From assembly GCF_009914755.1 (NCBI RefSeq), contig NC_060940.1: 64,000 bases of DNA, one strand, 5' to 3'. The notes beneath the pieces were generated by a model, which saw nothing but the letters and a program-made list of their open reading frames with translations, was not told where the DNA came from and made no database searches. Below, piece after piece: positions 42,703-57,900 of this stretch. The translations under genes and the position numbers were made by a program. Source of the stretch: the human T2T-CHM13v2.0 reference genome, Homo sapiens. How positions within the stretch are numbered: the first letter of the stretch is position 1; the number at the start of each line of letters is the position of its first letter.

Positions 42703-45700
42703 TCATTGGATGATGACTCCATTCGAGTCCATTCGACGATTCCACTCGATTCCATTAGATGATTCCATTGGAGTCCATTTGATTGTTCCATTCGATTCTA
42801 TTCGATTCCTTTCGAAGATTATTCCGTTTGAGTCCATTCGATGATGATTCCATTCCATTCCATTCGATGATTCCGTTTGATTCCATTCGATGATTCCCTT
42901 CGATTCCTTTCTTTGATGATTCCATTCCATTCCATTCAATGATTCCATTCGAATCTATTCCATGATGATTCCTTTCGATTCCATTCGCTGATGTTTCCGT
43001 TCAATTCCATTCGATGATGATTCCATTCGATTCCATTCATTGAGGATTCCATTTGATTCCATTCAATGATGATTCCATTCTATTCCATTCAATGATTGCA
43101 TTCAATTCCATTCAATGATTATCCCCTTAGAGTAAACTCAACGATTCCATTCAATACCATTCGATGATGATTCCTTTTGAGTCCATTCAATGATTTCATT
43201 CAAGTCCATTTGATGATTCCTTTCAATTCCATTCTATGATGATTCCATTCGAGTCCATTCGATGATTCCATTCGATTGCATTCGATTATTCCATCATATT
43301 CCAGTCAACGATGATTCCATTCGAGTCCATTCGATGATTCCATTAGAGTACATTTAATGATTGCTTTGTTTTCAATTCGAAGATGATTACATTGGATTCC
43401 ATTCTATGATACCATTCGATTCCATTCAATGATGATTCCACTCAAATCCATTGGATGATTCCATTCGTGTCCATTCGGTGATTTCATTAGATTCCATTCG
43501 AGGATGATTCCATTCGATTCCATTCGATGATTCCATTCAATTCCATTTGATGATGATTCCATTCCAGTCCATATGATCATTCCATTTGATTTCATTCGAT
43601 GATGATTCCATTCGATTCCATTCGATGATTCCATTCTATTCCATTCGATGATGATTCCATTCGAGTCCATTCGATGATTCCATTCGAGTCCATTTAATGA
43701 TTCCATTGGGTTCAATTCAATGATGATTACATTGGATTCCGTTCTATGATTCCATTCAATTCCGTTCATTGACAATTTGATTCCATTCGATGATGATTCC
43801 ATTTGAGTTCATTCGATGATTCTATTCGATTCTCTTCGATGGTGATTCAATTCTATTATATTGGATGATTCCATTCGATTCCATTTGATGTTGATTCAAT
43901 TCGATTCTATTCGATGATGATTCCATTGGATTTCACTTGATGATTCTATTCGATTCCATTCAATGATGATTCACTTCTCGTCCATTGGATGATTCCATTT
44001 CATTCCATTCGATGATGATTCCATTCGATTCCATTCGATGACTCCATTTGATTCCATGCGTCGGTGAGCAATTCGATTCAATTCCATGATGATTCTATTT
44101 GATTCAATTAGATGATGTTTCCATTCGAATCCATTCCATGATTATTCCATTGGAATCCATTCGGCGATGATTCCATATGAGTCAATTCAATGATGATTCC
44201 ATATGTGTCCGTTCGATGATAATTCCATTTGATTTCATTCGGTGCTTCTATTCAATTCCAGTCGATGATGATTCCGTTGGAGTCCATACGATGATTCCAT
44301 TTGATTTCATTTGATGATGATTCCATTCGATGATGATTACATTGGATTCCATTCTATGATTCCATTCAATTCCATTCGTTGATGATTCGATTCCATTCAA
44401 TGATGATTCCATTTGAGTTCATTCGATGATTCTATTCGATTCCGTTCGATGGTGATTCAATTCTCTTATATTGGATGAATCCACTCGATTCCATTTGATG
44501 ATTATTCCATTGGAGTCCACTTAGTGAATCCTTCAGATTCTACTCGAAGATGATTCCATTCAAGTCCATTCGATGATACCATTCAATTCCATTCGTTGAT
44601 GCTTCCATTCAAGTGCATTCGATGATATCATTCGATTCCATTTGATGATAATTCCATTTGATTCCATGCGATGATTCTATTCGATTCCATTCAATGATAA
44701 TTCCATTCAGTTCAGTGATTCCTCTGGACTCCATTTGATGATGATTCCATTCAATGATTCCATTCGATTCTATTCGAAAATGATTCCATTTGAATCCATT
44801 TGATGATGATTCCATTAGATTCCATTTGATGATTCCATTCGATTCCATGCGACGATGATTCCATTCGATTCCATGTGATGATTCCATTCTATTCTATTCG
44901 ATGATGATTCCATTCGATTCCATTCGATGATGATTGGATTCGATTCCATTTGATGTTTTCATTTGATTCCATTCGTTAATGATTTCGATCAATTCCATTC
45001 GATGATTCCATTCGATTCCATTCGATAATGATTACATCCGTGTCCATTCAGTGATTCCATTTGAGCCTGTTCGATAATTCCATTTGAGTCCAACCAATGA
45101 TTCCATTCATTTCCATTCAATGATTCCATTCGAGTCCATTTGATCATTCCGGTAGGGTCCATTCGATGTTGATTCCATTGGAGTGCATTCGATGATTCCA
45201 TTCGAGTCCATTTTAGGATTTGATTCGAGTCCTTTCGATGATTCCATTCGATTCCACTCGATGATGATTTCATTCGAGTCCATTCGACACTTCCAATCGA
45301 TTCCATTTGATGTTTCCATTCGAGTCCAATTGATGATTCCATTCAATTCCATTCGATGATGATTCCGTACGATTCCATTCTGTGATGATTCCATGTGATT
45401 GCATTCAATGATGATTCCTTTAGATTGCATTCGATTGTGATTCATTTCGTCTTCATTCTATGGTTCCACAGGTTTCCATTCGTGTCCATTCCATTATTCC
45501 ATTCTATTCCGTTTGATGATGATTCCATTCGATTCCATTCATTGGTGATTCCACTCAATTCCATTCAATGATTCCATTCCATTTCTTTCAACAATGATTC
45601 CATTAGTTTCTAATCGATGATCCACTTGATTCCATTTGACGACGATTCCATTCTTGTCCATTCGATGATTCCATTTGATTCCATATGATGATGATTCCAT

Positions 45701-48700
45701 TCGATTCCATACGATGATGATTCCATTCGAGTCCATTCAATGGTGATTCCATTCAATTCCATTCGATGATTCCTTTCGATTCCATTCGATGATGATGGCA
45801 TTCGATTCCTTTCAATCATTCCCTTTGATTCCATTCAAAGGTGATTTCATTCAAGTCCATTCGATAATTGCATTCGATTCCATTCTATGATGATTCCATT
45901 CGAGTCCATTTGATGATTCCATTCAATTCAAGTCAATGATGATTCCATTCGATTCCATTCGATGATTCCATTGGATTCCATTCGATGATGATTCCATTCA
46001 AATCCATTCGATAATTCAATTCAAGTCCATTCGGTGATGATTAAAATCGAATCCATTCAAAGATTCCATTCAGTTCCATTCGATGATTCCCTTAGATTCC
46101 ATTCGATGATTCCACTTGATTCCATTTACGATGATTCCATTCGATTCCATGTGATGATTCCATTCAATTCTATTCAATGCTGTTTCCATTTGATTCCATT
46201 CGACCATGATTGCCTTTGATTCCATTCAATGACTCCATTCGGTTCCTTTTGATGATGATTCCGTTCGATTCCATTTCATTATTCCATTTGAGTCCATTGG
46301 ATGAGTCCATTCGATTACATTCGATGATTATTCCATTCGAGTGCATTAGATGATTCCATTCGAGTCCATTCGATGATTCCATTCGATTCCATTCGATGTT
46401 GATTCTGTTCAAATCCATTCGATGATTCCACTCGATTCCATTCGATGACTCCAGTTGATCCCATTCGATGATTTCCTTTGATTCCCTTTGATGATCATTC
46501 CATTTGATTCAATTCGGTGATTTCATTTGATTCCATTCAGTGATGTTTCCATTCGACTCCATTCGATGATGATTCCATTCGACTCCATTCGATTATGATT
46601 TCATTCAATTCCATTCGATAATGATTCCCTTCGAGTCCATTCGATGATTCCATTCGATTCCATTCAACGATGATTTGATTCGTGTCCATTCGATGATTCC
46701 ATTTGATTCCACTTGATGATGATTCCATTCGAGTCCATTTGATGATTCCATTCAATTCCATTCTCCGATGATTTCTTTTGAGCCCATTCAATGCTTCCAC
46801 TCGATTCCATATGATGATGACTCCATTCGATGAAATTCGATGATGATTCCCTTCGCTTGCATTCGATGATGATTCCACTTGAGTCCATTAGAAGATTCTA
46901 TTCAATTACATTCCATGACGATTCCGTTCGAGTCCATTTGATGATTCCATTAGACTCCATTCGACGATGATTCCATTCGATGTTATTCGATGATTCCATT
47001 CGATCTCATTCGATGATGATTCCATTCAACTCCATTCGATGTTTCCATTCGAGTTCATTCTATTATTCCATTAGATTCCATTCGATGATGATTCCATTCG
47101 ATTCCATTTGATGATTGCATTCTATTTCATTTGATGATGATTCCATTCGAGTCCACTCGATGATTCCATTCGAGTCCATTTAATGAATCCATTGGTTTCA
47201 ATTCTATGATGATTACATTGGATTCCATTCGTTGATGATTTCATTCGGTTCCATTCAATGATGATTCCATTCAATTCCTTTCAATGTTTCCATTCAATTC
47301 CATACGATGATGATTCCATTTGATTTGATTCGACAGTGAGCCATTCGATTCAATTCCATGATGATTCTATTTGATTCAATTGGTTGACATTTCCATTCGA
47401 TTCCATTCGATGATGATTCCCTTTGATTCCGTTCCAAGATGATTCCATTCTAGCCCATTCAATCATTCCATTCGATTCTATTCAATGATGATTCCATTCA
47501 TGTCGATTTGGTGATTCCATTTGACTTCATTTGATGATGATTCCTTTCAAGTTCATTAGATGATTCCATTCGATTCCATTTGATGATGATCCCATTCGAG
47601 TCCATTCAGTGATTCCATTCGTTTCCATTCCATGATGATTCCATTCCTTTCCATTCAATGATTCCATTCGATTCCGTTTGATGATGATTTCATTCGAGTC
47701 CATTTGATGATTCCATTTGATTCCATTCGATGATGATTCCATTCGAGTCCATTCGATGATTCTATTCGAATCCATTTGATGATTTCTTTTGATTATATTT
47801 GGTGATGATTCCATTGGAGTCCATTCAATGATTCCATTCTATTCCAATCGATGATGATTTCATTCGAGTCCATTTGATGATTCCATTTGATTCCATTTGA
47901 TGATGATTACCTTCGAGTCCATACGATGATTCCACTCAATTCCATATGATGATGATTCCATTCGATTCCATTCGATGATTCCAGTCTATTCTATTCAATG
48001 GTGATTCCATTCGAGTACATTAGATGATTCCATTCGATTCCATTCAATGATGATTCTATTTGTGTCCCTTAGATGGTTCCACATGATTCCATTTCATGAT
48101 GATACTATTTGAGCCCATCCAATGATTCCCTTCGATTCCATTCGATGAGGATTCCATTCGATTCATTTCATTGGTGATTCTATTCAATTCAATTCTTTGA
48201 TTCCATTCCATTCCATTCGACAATGATTCCATTCGATTTCTTTCGATGATTCCACTCGATTCCACTTGACATTGATTCCATTCGATTCCATTCAATGATT
48301 CCGTTTGATTCCAGTGGATGATGATTGCCATCGATTCCATTCGATCACTCCATTCTATTCCATTTGATGATGATTACATTCGATTCCATTTGATGATTCC
48401 ATCTGATTCTATTCGAGGATTCCATTTGATTCCATTCGATGATGATTCCATTCGAGTGCATTCGATGATTTCATTCGAGTACATCCAATGATTCCATTCG
48501 AGTCCATTTGATGATTCCATTTGATTCCATTTGATTATGATTCTACTAGAGTCCATTCAATGACTCCATTCGAATCCATTCAACAATTCCATTCGAGGCC
48601 ATTCGATGATTCCATTTCATGATTCCATTCGAGTCCATTTAATCATTACAGTCGAGTCCATTTGGTGATTCCACTGGATTTCTTTTGATAATGATACCAT

Positions 48701-48804
48701 TCAATTACATTTGATGATGATCCCATTCAATTTCATTTGATGGTGATTCCATTAGAGTCCATTCGATGATTTCATTCGAGTCCCTTCATTGATTCCATCC
48801 GATT
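42703..48804 (+). repeat. Higher-order unit U8 (6102 bp, divergent type)
   Basis: Anchors at 42703 and 48805; 10-bp deletion at about 48613; markers TTAAAATCGA (46041) and GAGGCC (48595). Confidence 0.95.
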
Positions 48805-51800
48805 TCATTGGATGATGACTCCATTCGAGTCCATTCGACGATTCCACTCGATTCCATTAGATGATTCCATTGGAGTCCATTTGATTGTTCCATTCGATTC
48901 TATTCGATTCCTTTCGAAGATTATTCCGTTTGAGTCCATTCGATGATGATTCCATTCCATTCCATTCGATGATTCCGTTTGATTCCATTCGATGATTCCC
49001 TTCGATTCCTTTCTTTGATGATTCCATTCCATTCCATTCAATGATTCCATTCGAATCTATTCCATGATGATTCCTTTCGATTCCATTCGCTGATGTTTCC
49101 GTTCAATTCCATTCGATGATGATTCCATTCGATTCCATTCATTGAGGATTCCATTTGATTCCATTCAATGATGATTCCATTCTATTCCATTCAATGATTG
49201 CATTCAATTCCATTCAATGATTATCCCCTTAGAGTAAACTCAACGATTCCATTCAATACCATTCGATGATGATTCCTTTTGAGTCCATTCAATGATTTCA
49301 TTCAAGTCCATTTGATGATTCCTTTCAATTCCATTCTATGATGATTCCATTCGAGTCCATTCGATGATTCCATTCGATTGCATTCGATTATTCCATCATA
49401 TTCCAGTCAACGATGATTCCATTCGAGTCCATTCGATGATTCCATTAGAGTACATTTAATGATTGCTTTGTTTTCAATTCGAAGATGATTACATTGGATT
49501 CCATTCTATGATACCATTCGATTCCATTCAATGATGATTCCACTCAAATCCATTGGATGATTCCATTCGTGTCCATTCGGTGATTTCATTAGATTCCATT
49601 CGAGGATGATTCCATTCGATTCCATTCGATGATTCCATTCAATTCCATTTGATGATGATTCCATTCCAGTCCATATGATCATTCCATTTGATTTCATTCG
49701 ATGATGATTCCATTCGATTCCATTCGATGATTCCATTCTATTCCATTCGATGATGATTCCATTCGAGTCCATTCGATGATTCCATTCGAGTCCATTTAAT
49801 GATTCCATTGGGTTCAATTCAATGATGATTACATTGGATTCCGTTCTATGATTCCATTCAATTCCGTTCATTGACAATTTGATTCCATTCGATGATGATT
49901 CCATTTGAGTTCATTCGATGATTCTATTCGATTCTCTTCGATGGTGATTCAATTCTATTATATTGGATGATTCCATTCGATTCCATTTGATGTTGATTCA
50001 ATTCGATTCTATTCGATGATGATTCCATTGGATTTCACTTGATGATTCTATTCGATTCCATTCAATGATGATTCACTTCTCGTCCATTGGATGATTCCAT
50101 TTCATTCCATTCGATGATGATTCCATTCGATTCCATTCGATGACTCCATTTGATTCCATGCGTCGGTGAGCAATTCGATTCAATTCCATGATGATTCTAT
50201 TTGATTCAATTAGATGATGTTTCCATTCGAATCCATTCCATGATTATTCCATTGGAATCCATTCGGCGATGATTCCATATGAGTCAATTCAATGATGATT
50301 CCATATGTGTCCGTTCGATGATAATTCCATTTGATTTCATTCGGTGCTTCTATTCAATTCCAGTCGATGATGATTCCGTTGGAGTCCATACGATGATTCC
50401 ATTTGATTTCATTTGATGATGATTCCATTCGATGATGATTACATTGGATTCCATTCTATGATTCCATTCAATTCCATTCGTTGATGATTCGATTCCATTC
50501 AATGATGATTCCATTTGAGTTCATTCGATGATTCTATTCGATTCCGTTCGATGGTGATTCAATTCTCTTATATTGGATGAATCCACTCGATTCCATTTGA
50601 TGATTATTCCATTGGAGTCCACTTAGTGAATCCTTCAGATTCTACTCGAAGATGATTCCATTCAAGTCCATTCGATGATACCATTCAATTCCATTCGTTG
50701 ATGCTTCCATTCAAGTGCATTCGATGATATCATTCGATTCCATTTGATGGTAATTCCATTTGATTCCATGCGATGATTCTATTCGATTCCATTCAATGAT
50801 AATTCCATTCAGTTCAGTGATTCCTCTGGACTCCATTTGATGATGATTCCATTCAATGATTCCATTCGATTCTATTCGAAAATGATTCCATTTGAATCCA
50901 TTTGATGATGATTCCATTAGATTCCATTTGATGATTCCATTCGATTCCATGCGACGATGATTCCATTCGATTCCATGTGATGATTCCATTCTATTCTATT
51001 CGATGATGATTCCATTCGATTCCATTCGATGATGATTGGATTCGATTCCATTTGATGTTTTCATTTGATTCCATTCGTTAATGATTTCGATCAATTCCAT
51101 TCGATGATTCCATTCGATTCCATTCGATAATGATTACATCCGTGTCCATTCAGTGATTCCATTTGAGCCTGTTCGATAATTCCATTTGAGTCCAACCAAT
51201 GATTCCATTCATTTCCATTCAATGATTCCATTCGAGTCCATTTGATCATTCCGGTAGGGTCCATTCGATGTTGATTCCATTGGAGTGCATTCGATGATTC
51301 CATTCGAGTCCATTTTAGGATTTGATTCGAGTCCTTTCGATGATTCCATTCGATTCCACTCGATGATGATTTCATTCGAGTCCATTCGACACTTCCAATC
51401 GATTCCATTTGATGTTTCCATTCGAGTCCAATTGATGATTCCATTCAATTCCATTCGATGATGATTCCGTACGATTCCATTCTGTGATGATTCCATGTGA
51501 TTGCATTCAATGATGATTCCTTTAGATTGCATTCGATTGTGATTCATTTCGTCTTCATTCTATGGTTCCACAGGTTTCCATTCGTGTCCATTCCATTATT
51601 CCATTCTATTCCGTTTGATGATGATTCCATTCGATTCCATTCATTGGTGATTCCACTCAATTCCATTCAATGATTCCATTCCATTTCTTTCAACAATGAT
51701 TCCATTAGTTTCTAATCGATGATCCACTTGATTCCATTTGACGACGATTCCATTCTTGTCCATTCGATGATTCCATTTGATTCCATATGATGATGATTCC

Positions 51801-54800
51801 ATTCGATTCCATACGATGATGATTCCATTCGAGTCCATTCAATGGTGATTCCATTCAATTCCATTCGATGATTCCTTTCGATTCCATTCGATGATGATGG
51901 CATTCGATTCCTTTCAATCATTCCCTTTGATTCCATTCAAAGGTGATTTCATTCAAGTCCATTCGATAATTGCATTCGATTCCATTCTATGATGATTCCA
52001 TTCGAGTCCATTTGATGATTCCATTCAATTCAAGTCAATGATGATTCCATTCGATTCCATTCGATGATTCCATTGGATTCCATTCGATGATGATTCCATT
52101 CAAATCCATTCGATAATTCAATTCAAGTCCATTCGGTGATGATTAAAATCGAATCCATTCAAAGATTCCATTCAGTTCCATTCGATGATTCCCTTAGATT
52201 CCATTCGATGATTCCACTTGATTCCATTTACGATGATTCCATTCGATTCCATGTGATGATTCCATTCAATTCTATTCAATGCTGTTTCCATTTGATTCCA
52301 TTCGACCATGATTGCCTTTGATTCCATTCAATGACTCCATTCGGTTCCTTTTGATGATGATTCCGTTCGATTCCATTTCATTATTCCATTTGAGTCCATT
52401 GGATGAGTCCATTCGATTACATTCGATGATTATTCCATTCGAGTGCATTAGATGATTCCATTCGAGTCCATTCGATGATTCCATTCGATTCCATTCGATG
52501 TTGATTCTGTTCAAATCCATTCGATGATTCCACTCGATTCCATTCGATGACTCCAGTTGATCCCATTCGATGATTTCCTTTGATTCCCTTTGATGATCAT
52601 TCCATTTGATTCAATTCGGTGATTTCATTTGATTCCATTCAGTGATGTTTCCATTCGACTCCATTCGATGATGATTCCATTCGACTCCATTCGATTATGA
52701 TTTCATTCAATTCCATTCGATAATGATTCCCTTCGAGTCCATTCGATGATTCCATTCGATTCCATTCAACGATGATTTGATTCGTGTCCATTCGATGATT
52801 CCATTTGATTCCACTTGATGATGATTCCATTCGAGTCCATTTGATGATTCCATTCAATTCCATTCTCCGATGATTTCTTTTGAGCCCATTCAATGCTTCC
52901 ACTCGATTCCATATGATGATGACTCCATTCGATGAAATTCGATGATGATTCCCTTCGCTTGCATTCGATGATGATTCCACTTGAGTCCATTAGAAGATTC
53001 TATTCAATTACATTCCATGACGATTCCGTTCGAGTCCATTTGATGATTCCATTAGACTCCATTCGACGATGATTCCATTCGATGTTATTCGATGATTCCA
53101 TTCGATCTCATTCGATGATGATTCCATTCAACTCCATTCGATGTTTCCATTCGAGTTCATTCTATTATTCCATTAGATTCCATTCGATGATGATTCCATT
53201 CGATTCCATTTGATGATTGCATTCTATTTCATTTGATGATGATTCCATTCGAGTCCACTCGATGATTCCATTCGAGTCCATTTAATGAATCCATTGGTTT
53301 CAATTCTATGATGATTACATTGGATTCCATTCGTTGATGATTTCATTCGGTTCCATTCAATGATGATTCCATTCAATTCCTTTCAATGTTTCCATTCAAT
53401 TCCATACGATGATGATTCCATTTGATTTGATTCGACAGTGAGCCATTCGATTCAATTCCATGATGATTCTATTTGATTCAATTGGTTGACATTTCCATTC
53501 GATTCCATTCGATGATGATTCCCTTTGATTCCGTTCCAAGATGATTCCATTCTAGCCCATTCAATCATTCCATTCGATTCTATTCAATGATGATTCCATT
53601 CATGTCGATTTGGTGATTCCATTTGACTTCATTTGATGATGATTCCTTTCAAGTTCATTAGATGATTCCATTCGATTCCATTTGATGATGATCCCATTCG
53701 AGTCCATTCAGTGATTCCATTCGTTTCCATTCCATGATGATTCCATTCCTTTCCATTCAATGATTCCATTCGATTCCGTTTGATGATGATTTCATTCGAG
53801 TCCATTTGATGATTCCATTTGATTCCATTCGATGATGATTCCATTCGAGTCCATTCGATGATTCTATTCGAATCCATTTGATGATTTCTTTTGATTATAT
53901 TTGGTGATGATTCCATTGGAGTCCATTCAATGATTCCATTCTATTCCAATCGATGATGATTTCATTCGAGTCCATTTGATGATTCCATTTGATTCCATTT
54001 GATGATGATTACCTTCGAGTCCATACGATGATTCCACTCAATTCCATATGATGATGATTCCATTCGATTCCATTCGATGATTCCAGTCTATTCTATTCAA
54101 TGGTGATTCCATTCGAGTACATTAGATGATTCCATTCGATTCCATTCAATGATGATTCTATTTGTGTCCCTTAGATGGTTCCACATGATTCCATTTCATG
54201 ATGATACTATTTGAGCCCATCCAATGATTCCCTTCGATTCCATTCGATGAGGATTCCATTCGATTCATTTCATTGGTGATTCTATTCAATTCAATTCTTT
54301 GATTCCATTCCATTCCATTCGACAATGATTCCATTCGATTTCTTTCGATGATTCCACTCGATTCCACTTGACATTGATTCCATTCGATTCCATTCAATGA
54401 TTCCGTTTGATTCCAGTGGATGATGATTGCCATCGATTCCATTCGATCACTCCATTCTATTCCATTTGATGATGATTACATTCGATTCCATTTGATGATT
54501 CCATCTGATTCTATTCGAGGATTCCATTTGATTCCATTCGATGATGATTCCATTCGAGTGCATTCGATGATTTCATTCGAGTACATCCAATGATTCCATT
54601 CGAGTCCATTTGATGATTCCATTTGATTCCATTTGATTATGATTCTACTAGAGTCCATTCAATGACTCCATTCGAATCCATTCAACAATTCCATTCGAGG
54701 CCATTCGATGATTCCATTTCATGATTCCATTCGAGTCCATTTAATCATTACAGTCGAGTCCATTTGGTGATTCCACTGGATTTCTTTTGATAATGATACC

Positions 54801-54906
54801 ATTCAATTACATTTGATGATGATCCCATTCAATTTCATTTGATGGTGATTCCATTAGAGTCCATTCGATGATTTCATTCGAGTCCCTTCATTGATTCCAT
54901 CCGATT
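48805..54906 (+). repeat. Higher-order unit U9 (6102 bp, divergent type)
   Basis: Anchors at 48805 and 54907; translated ORFs identical to U8; 10-bp deletion at about 54715. Confidence 0.95.
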
Positions 54907-57900
54907 TCATTGGATGATGACTCCATTCGAGTCCATTCGACGATTCCACTCGATTCCATTAGATGATTCCATTGGAGTCCATTTGATTGTTCCATTCGAT
55001 TCTATTCGATTCCTTTCGAAGATTATTCCGTTTGAGTCCATTCGATGATGATTCCATTCCATTCCATTCGATGATTCCGTTTGATTCCATTCGATGATTC
55101 CCTTCGATTCCTTTCTTTGATGATTCCATTCCATTCCATTCAATGATTCCATTCGAATCTATTCCATGATGATTCCTTTCGATTCCATTCGCTGATGTTT
55201 CCGTTCAATTCCATTCGATGATGATTCCATTCGATTCCATTCATTGAGGATTCCATTTGATTCCATTCAATGATGATTCCATTCTATTCCATTCAATGAT
55301 TGCATTCAATTCCATTCAATGATTATCCCCTTAGAGTAAACTCAACGATTCCATTCAATACCATTCGATGATGATTCCTTTTGAGTCCATTCAATGATTT
55401 CATTCAAGTCCATTTGATGATTCCTTTCAATTCCATTCTATGATGATTCCATTCGAGTCCATTCGATGATTCCATTCGATTGCATTCGATTATTCCATCA
55501 TATTCCAGTCAACGATGATTCCATTCGAGTCCATTCGATGATTCCATTAGAGTACATTTAATGATTGCTTTGTTTTCAATTCGAAGATGATTACATTGGA
55601 TTCCATTCTATGATACCATTCGATTCCATTCAATGATGATTCCACTCAAATCCATTGGATGATTCCATTCGTGTCCATTCGGTGATTTCATTAGATTCCA
55701 TTCGAGGATGATTCCATTCGATTCCATTCGATGATTCCATTCAATTCCATTTGATGATGATTCCATTCCAGTCCATATGATCATTCCATTTGATTTCATT
55801 CGATGATGATTCCATTCGATTCCATTCGATGATTCCATTCTATTCCATTCGATGATGATTCCATTCGAGTCCATTCGATGATTCCATTCGAGTCCATTTA
55901 ATGATTCCATTGGGTTCAATTCAATGATGATTACATTGGATTCCGTTCTATGATTCCATTCAATTCCGTTCATTGACAATTTGATTCCATTCGATGATGA
56001 TTCCATTTGAGTTCATTCGATGATTCTATTCGATTCTCTTCGATGGTGATTCAATTCTATTATATTGGATGATTCCATTCGATTCCATTTGATGTTGATT
56101 CAATTCGATTCTATTCGATGATGATTCCATTGGATTTCACTTGATGATTCTATTCGATTCCATTCAATGATGATTCACTTCTCGTCCATTGGATGATTCC
56201 ATTTCATTCCATTCGATGATGATTCCATTCGATTCCATTCGATGACTCCATTTGATTCCATGCGTCGGTGAGCAATTCGATTCAATTCCATGATGATTCT
56301 ATTTGATTCAATTAGATGATGTTTCCATTCGAATCCATTCCATGATTATTCCATTGGAATCCATTCGGCGATGATTCCATATGAGTCAATTCAATGATGA
56401 TTCCATATGTGTCCGTTCGATGATAATTCCATTTGATTTCATTCGGTGCTTCTATTCAATTCCAGTCGATGATGATTCCGTTGGAGTCCATACGATGATT
56501 CCATTTGATTTCATTTGATGATGATTCCATTCGATGATGATTACATTGGATTCCATTCTATGATTCCATTCAATTCCATTCGTTGATGATTCGATTCCAT
56601 TCAATGATGATTCCATTTGAGTTCATTCGATGATTCTATTCGATTCCGTTCGATGGTGATTCAATTCTCTTATATTGGATGAATCCACTCGATTCCATTT
56701 GATGATTATTCCATTGGAGTCCACTTAGTGAATCCTTCAGATTCTACTCGAAGATGATTCCATTCAAGTCCATTCGATGATACCATTCAATTCCATTCGT
56801 TGATGCTTCCATTCAAGTGCATTCGATGATATCATTCGATTCCATTTGATGATAATTCCATTTGATTCCATGCGATGATTCTATTCGATTCCATTCAATG
56901 ATAATTCCATTCAGTTCAGTGATTCCTCTGGACTCCATTTGATGATGATTCCATTCAATGATTCCATTCGATTCTATTCGAAAATGATTCCATTTGAATC
57001 CATTTGATGATGATTCCATTAGATTCCATTTGATGATTCCATTCGATTCCATGCGACGATGATTCCATTCGATTCCATGTGATGATTCCATTCTATTCTA
57101 TTCGATGATGATTCCATTCGATTCCATTCGATGATGATTGGATTCGATTCCATTTGATGTTTTCATTTGATTCCATTCGTTAATGATTTCGATCAATTCC
57201 ATTCGATGATTCCATTCGATTCCATTCGATAATGATTACATCCGTGTCCATTCAGTGATTCCATTTGAGCCTGTTCGATAATTCCATTTGAGTCCAACCA
57301 ATGATTCCATTCATTTCCATTCAATGATTCCATTCGAGTCCATTTGATCATTCCGGTAGGGTCCATTCGATGTTGATTCCATTGGAGTGCATTCGATGAT
57401 TCCATTCGAGTCCATTTTAGGATTTGATTCGAGTCCTTTCGATGATTCCATTCGATTCCACTCGATGATGATTTCATTCGAGTCCATTCGACACTTCCAA
57501 TCGATTCCATTTGATGTTTCCATTCGAGTCCAATTGATGATTCCATTCAATTCCATTCGATGATGATTCCGTACGATTCCATTCTGTGATGATTCCATGT
57601 GATTGCATTCAATGATGATTCCTTTAGATTGCATTCGATTGTGATTCATTTCGTCTTCATTCTATGGTTCCACAGGTTTCCATTCGTGTCCATTCCATTA
57701 TTCCATTCTATTCCGTTTGATGATGATTCCATTCGATTCCATTCATTGGTGATTCCACTCAATTCCATTCAATGATTCCATTCCATTTCTTTCAACAATG
57801 ATTCCATTAGTTTCTAATCGATGATCCACTTGATTCCATTTGACGACGATTCCATTCTTGTCCATTCGATGATTCCATTTGATTCCATATGATGATGATT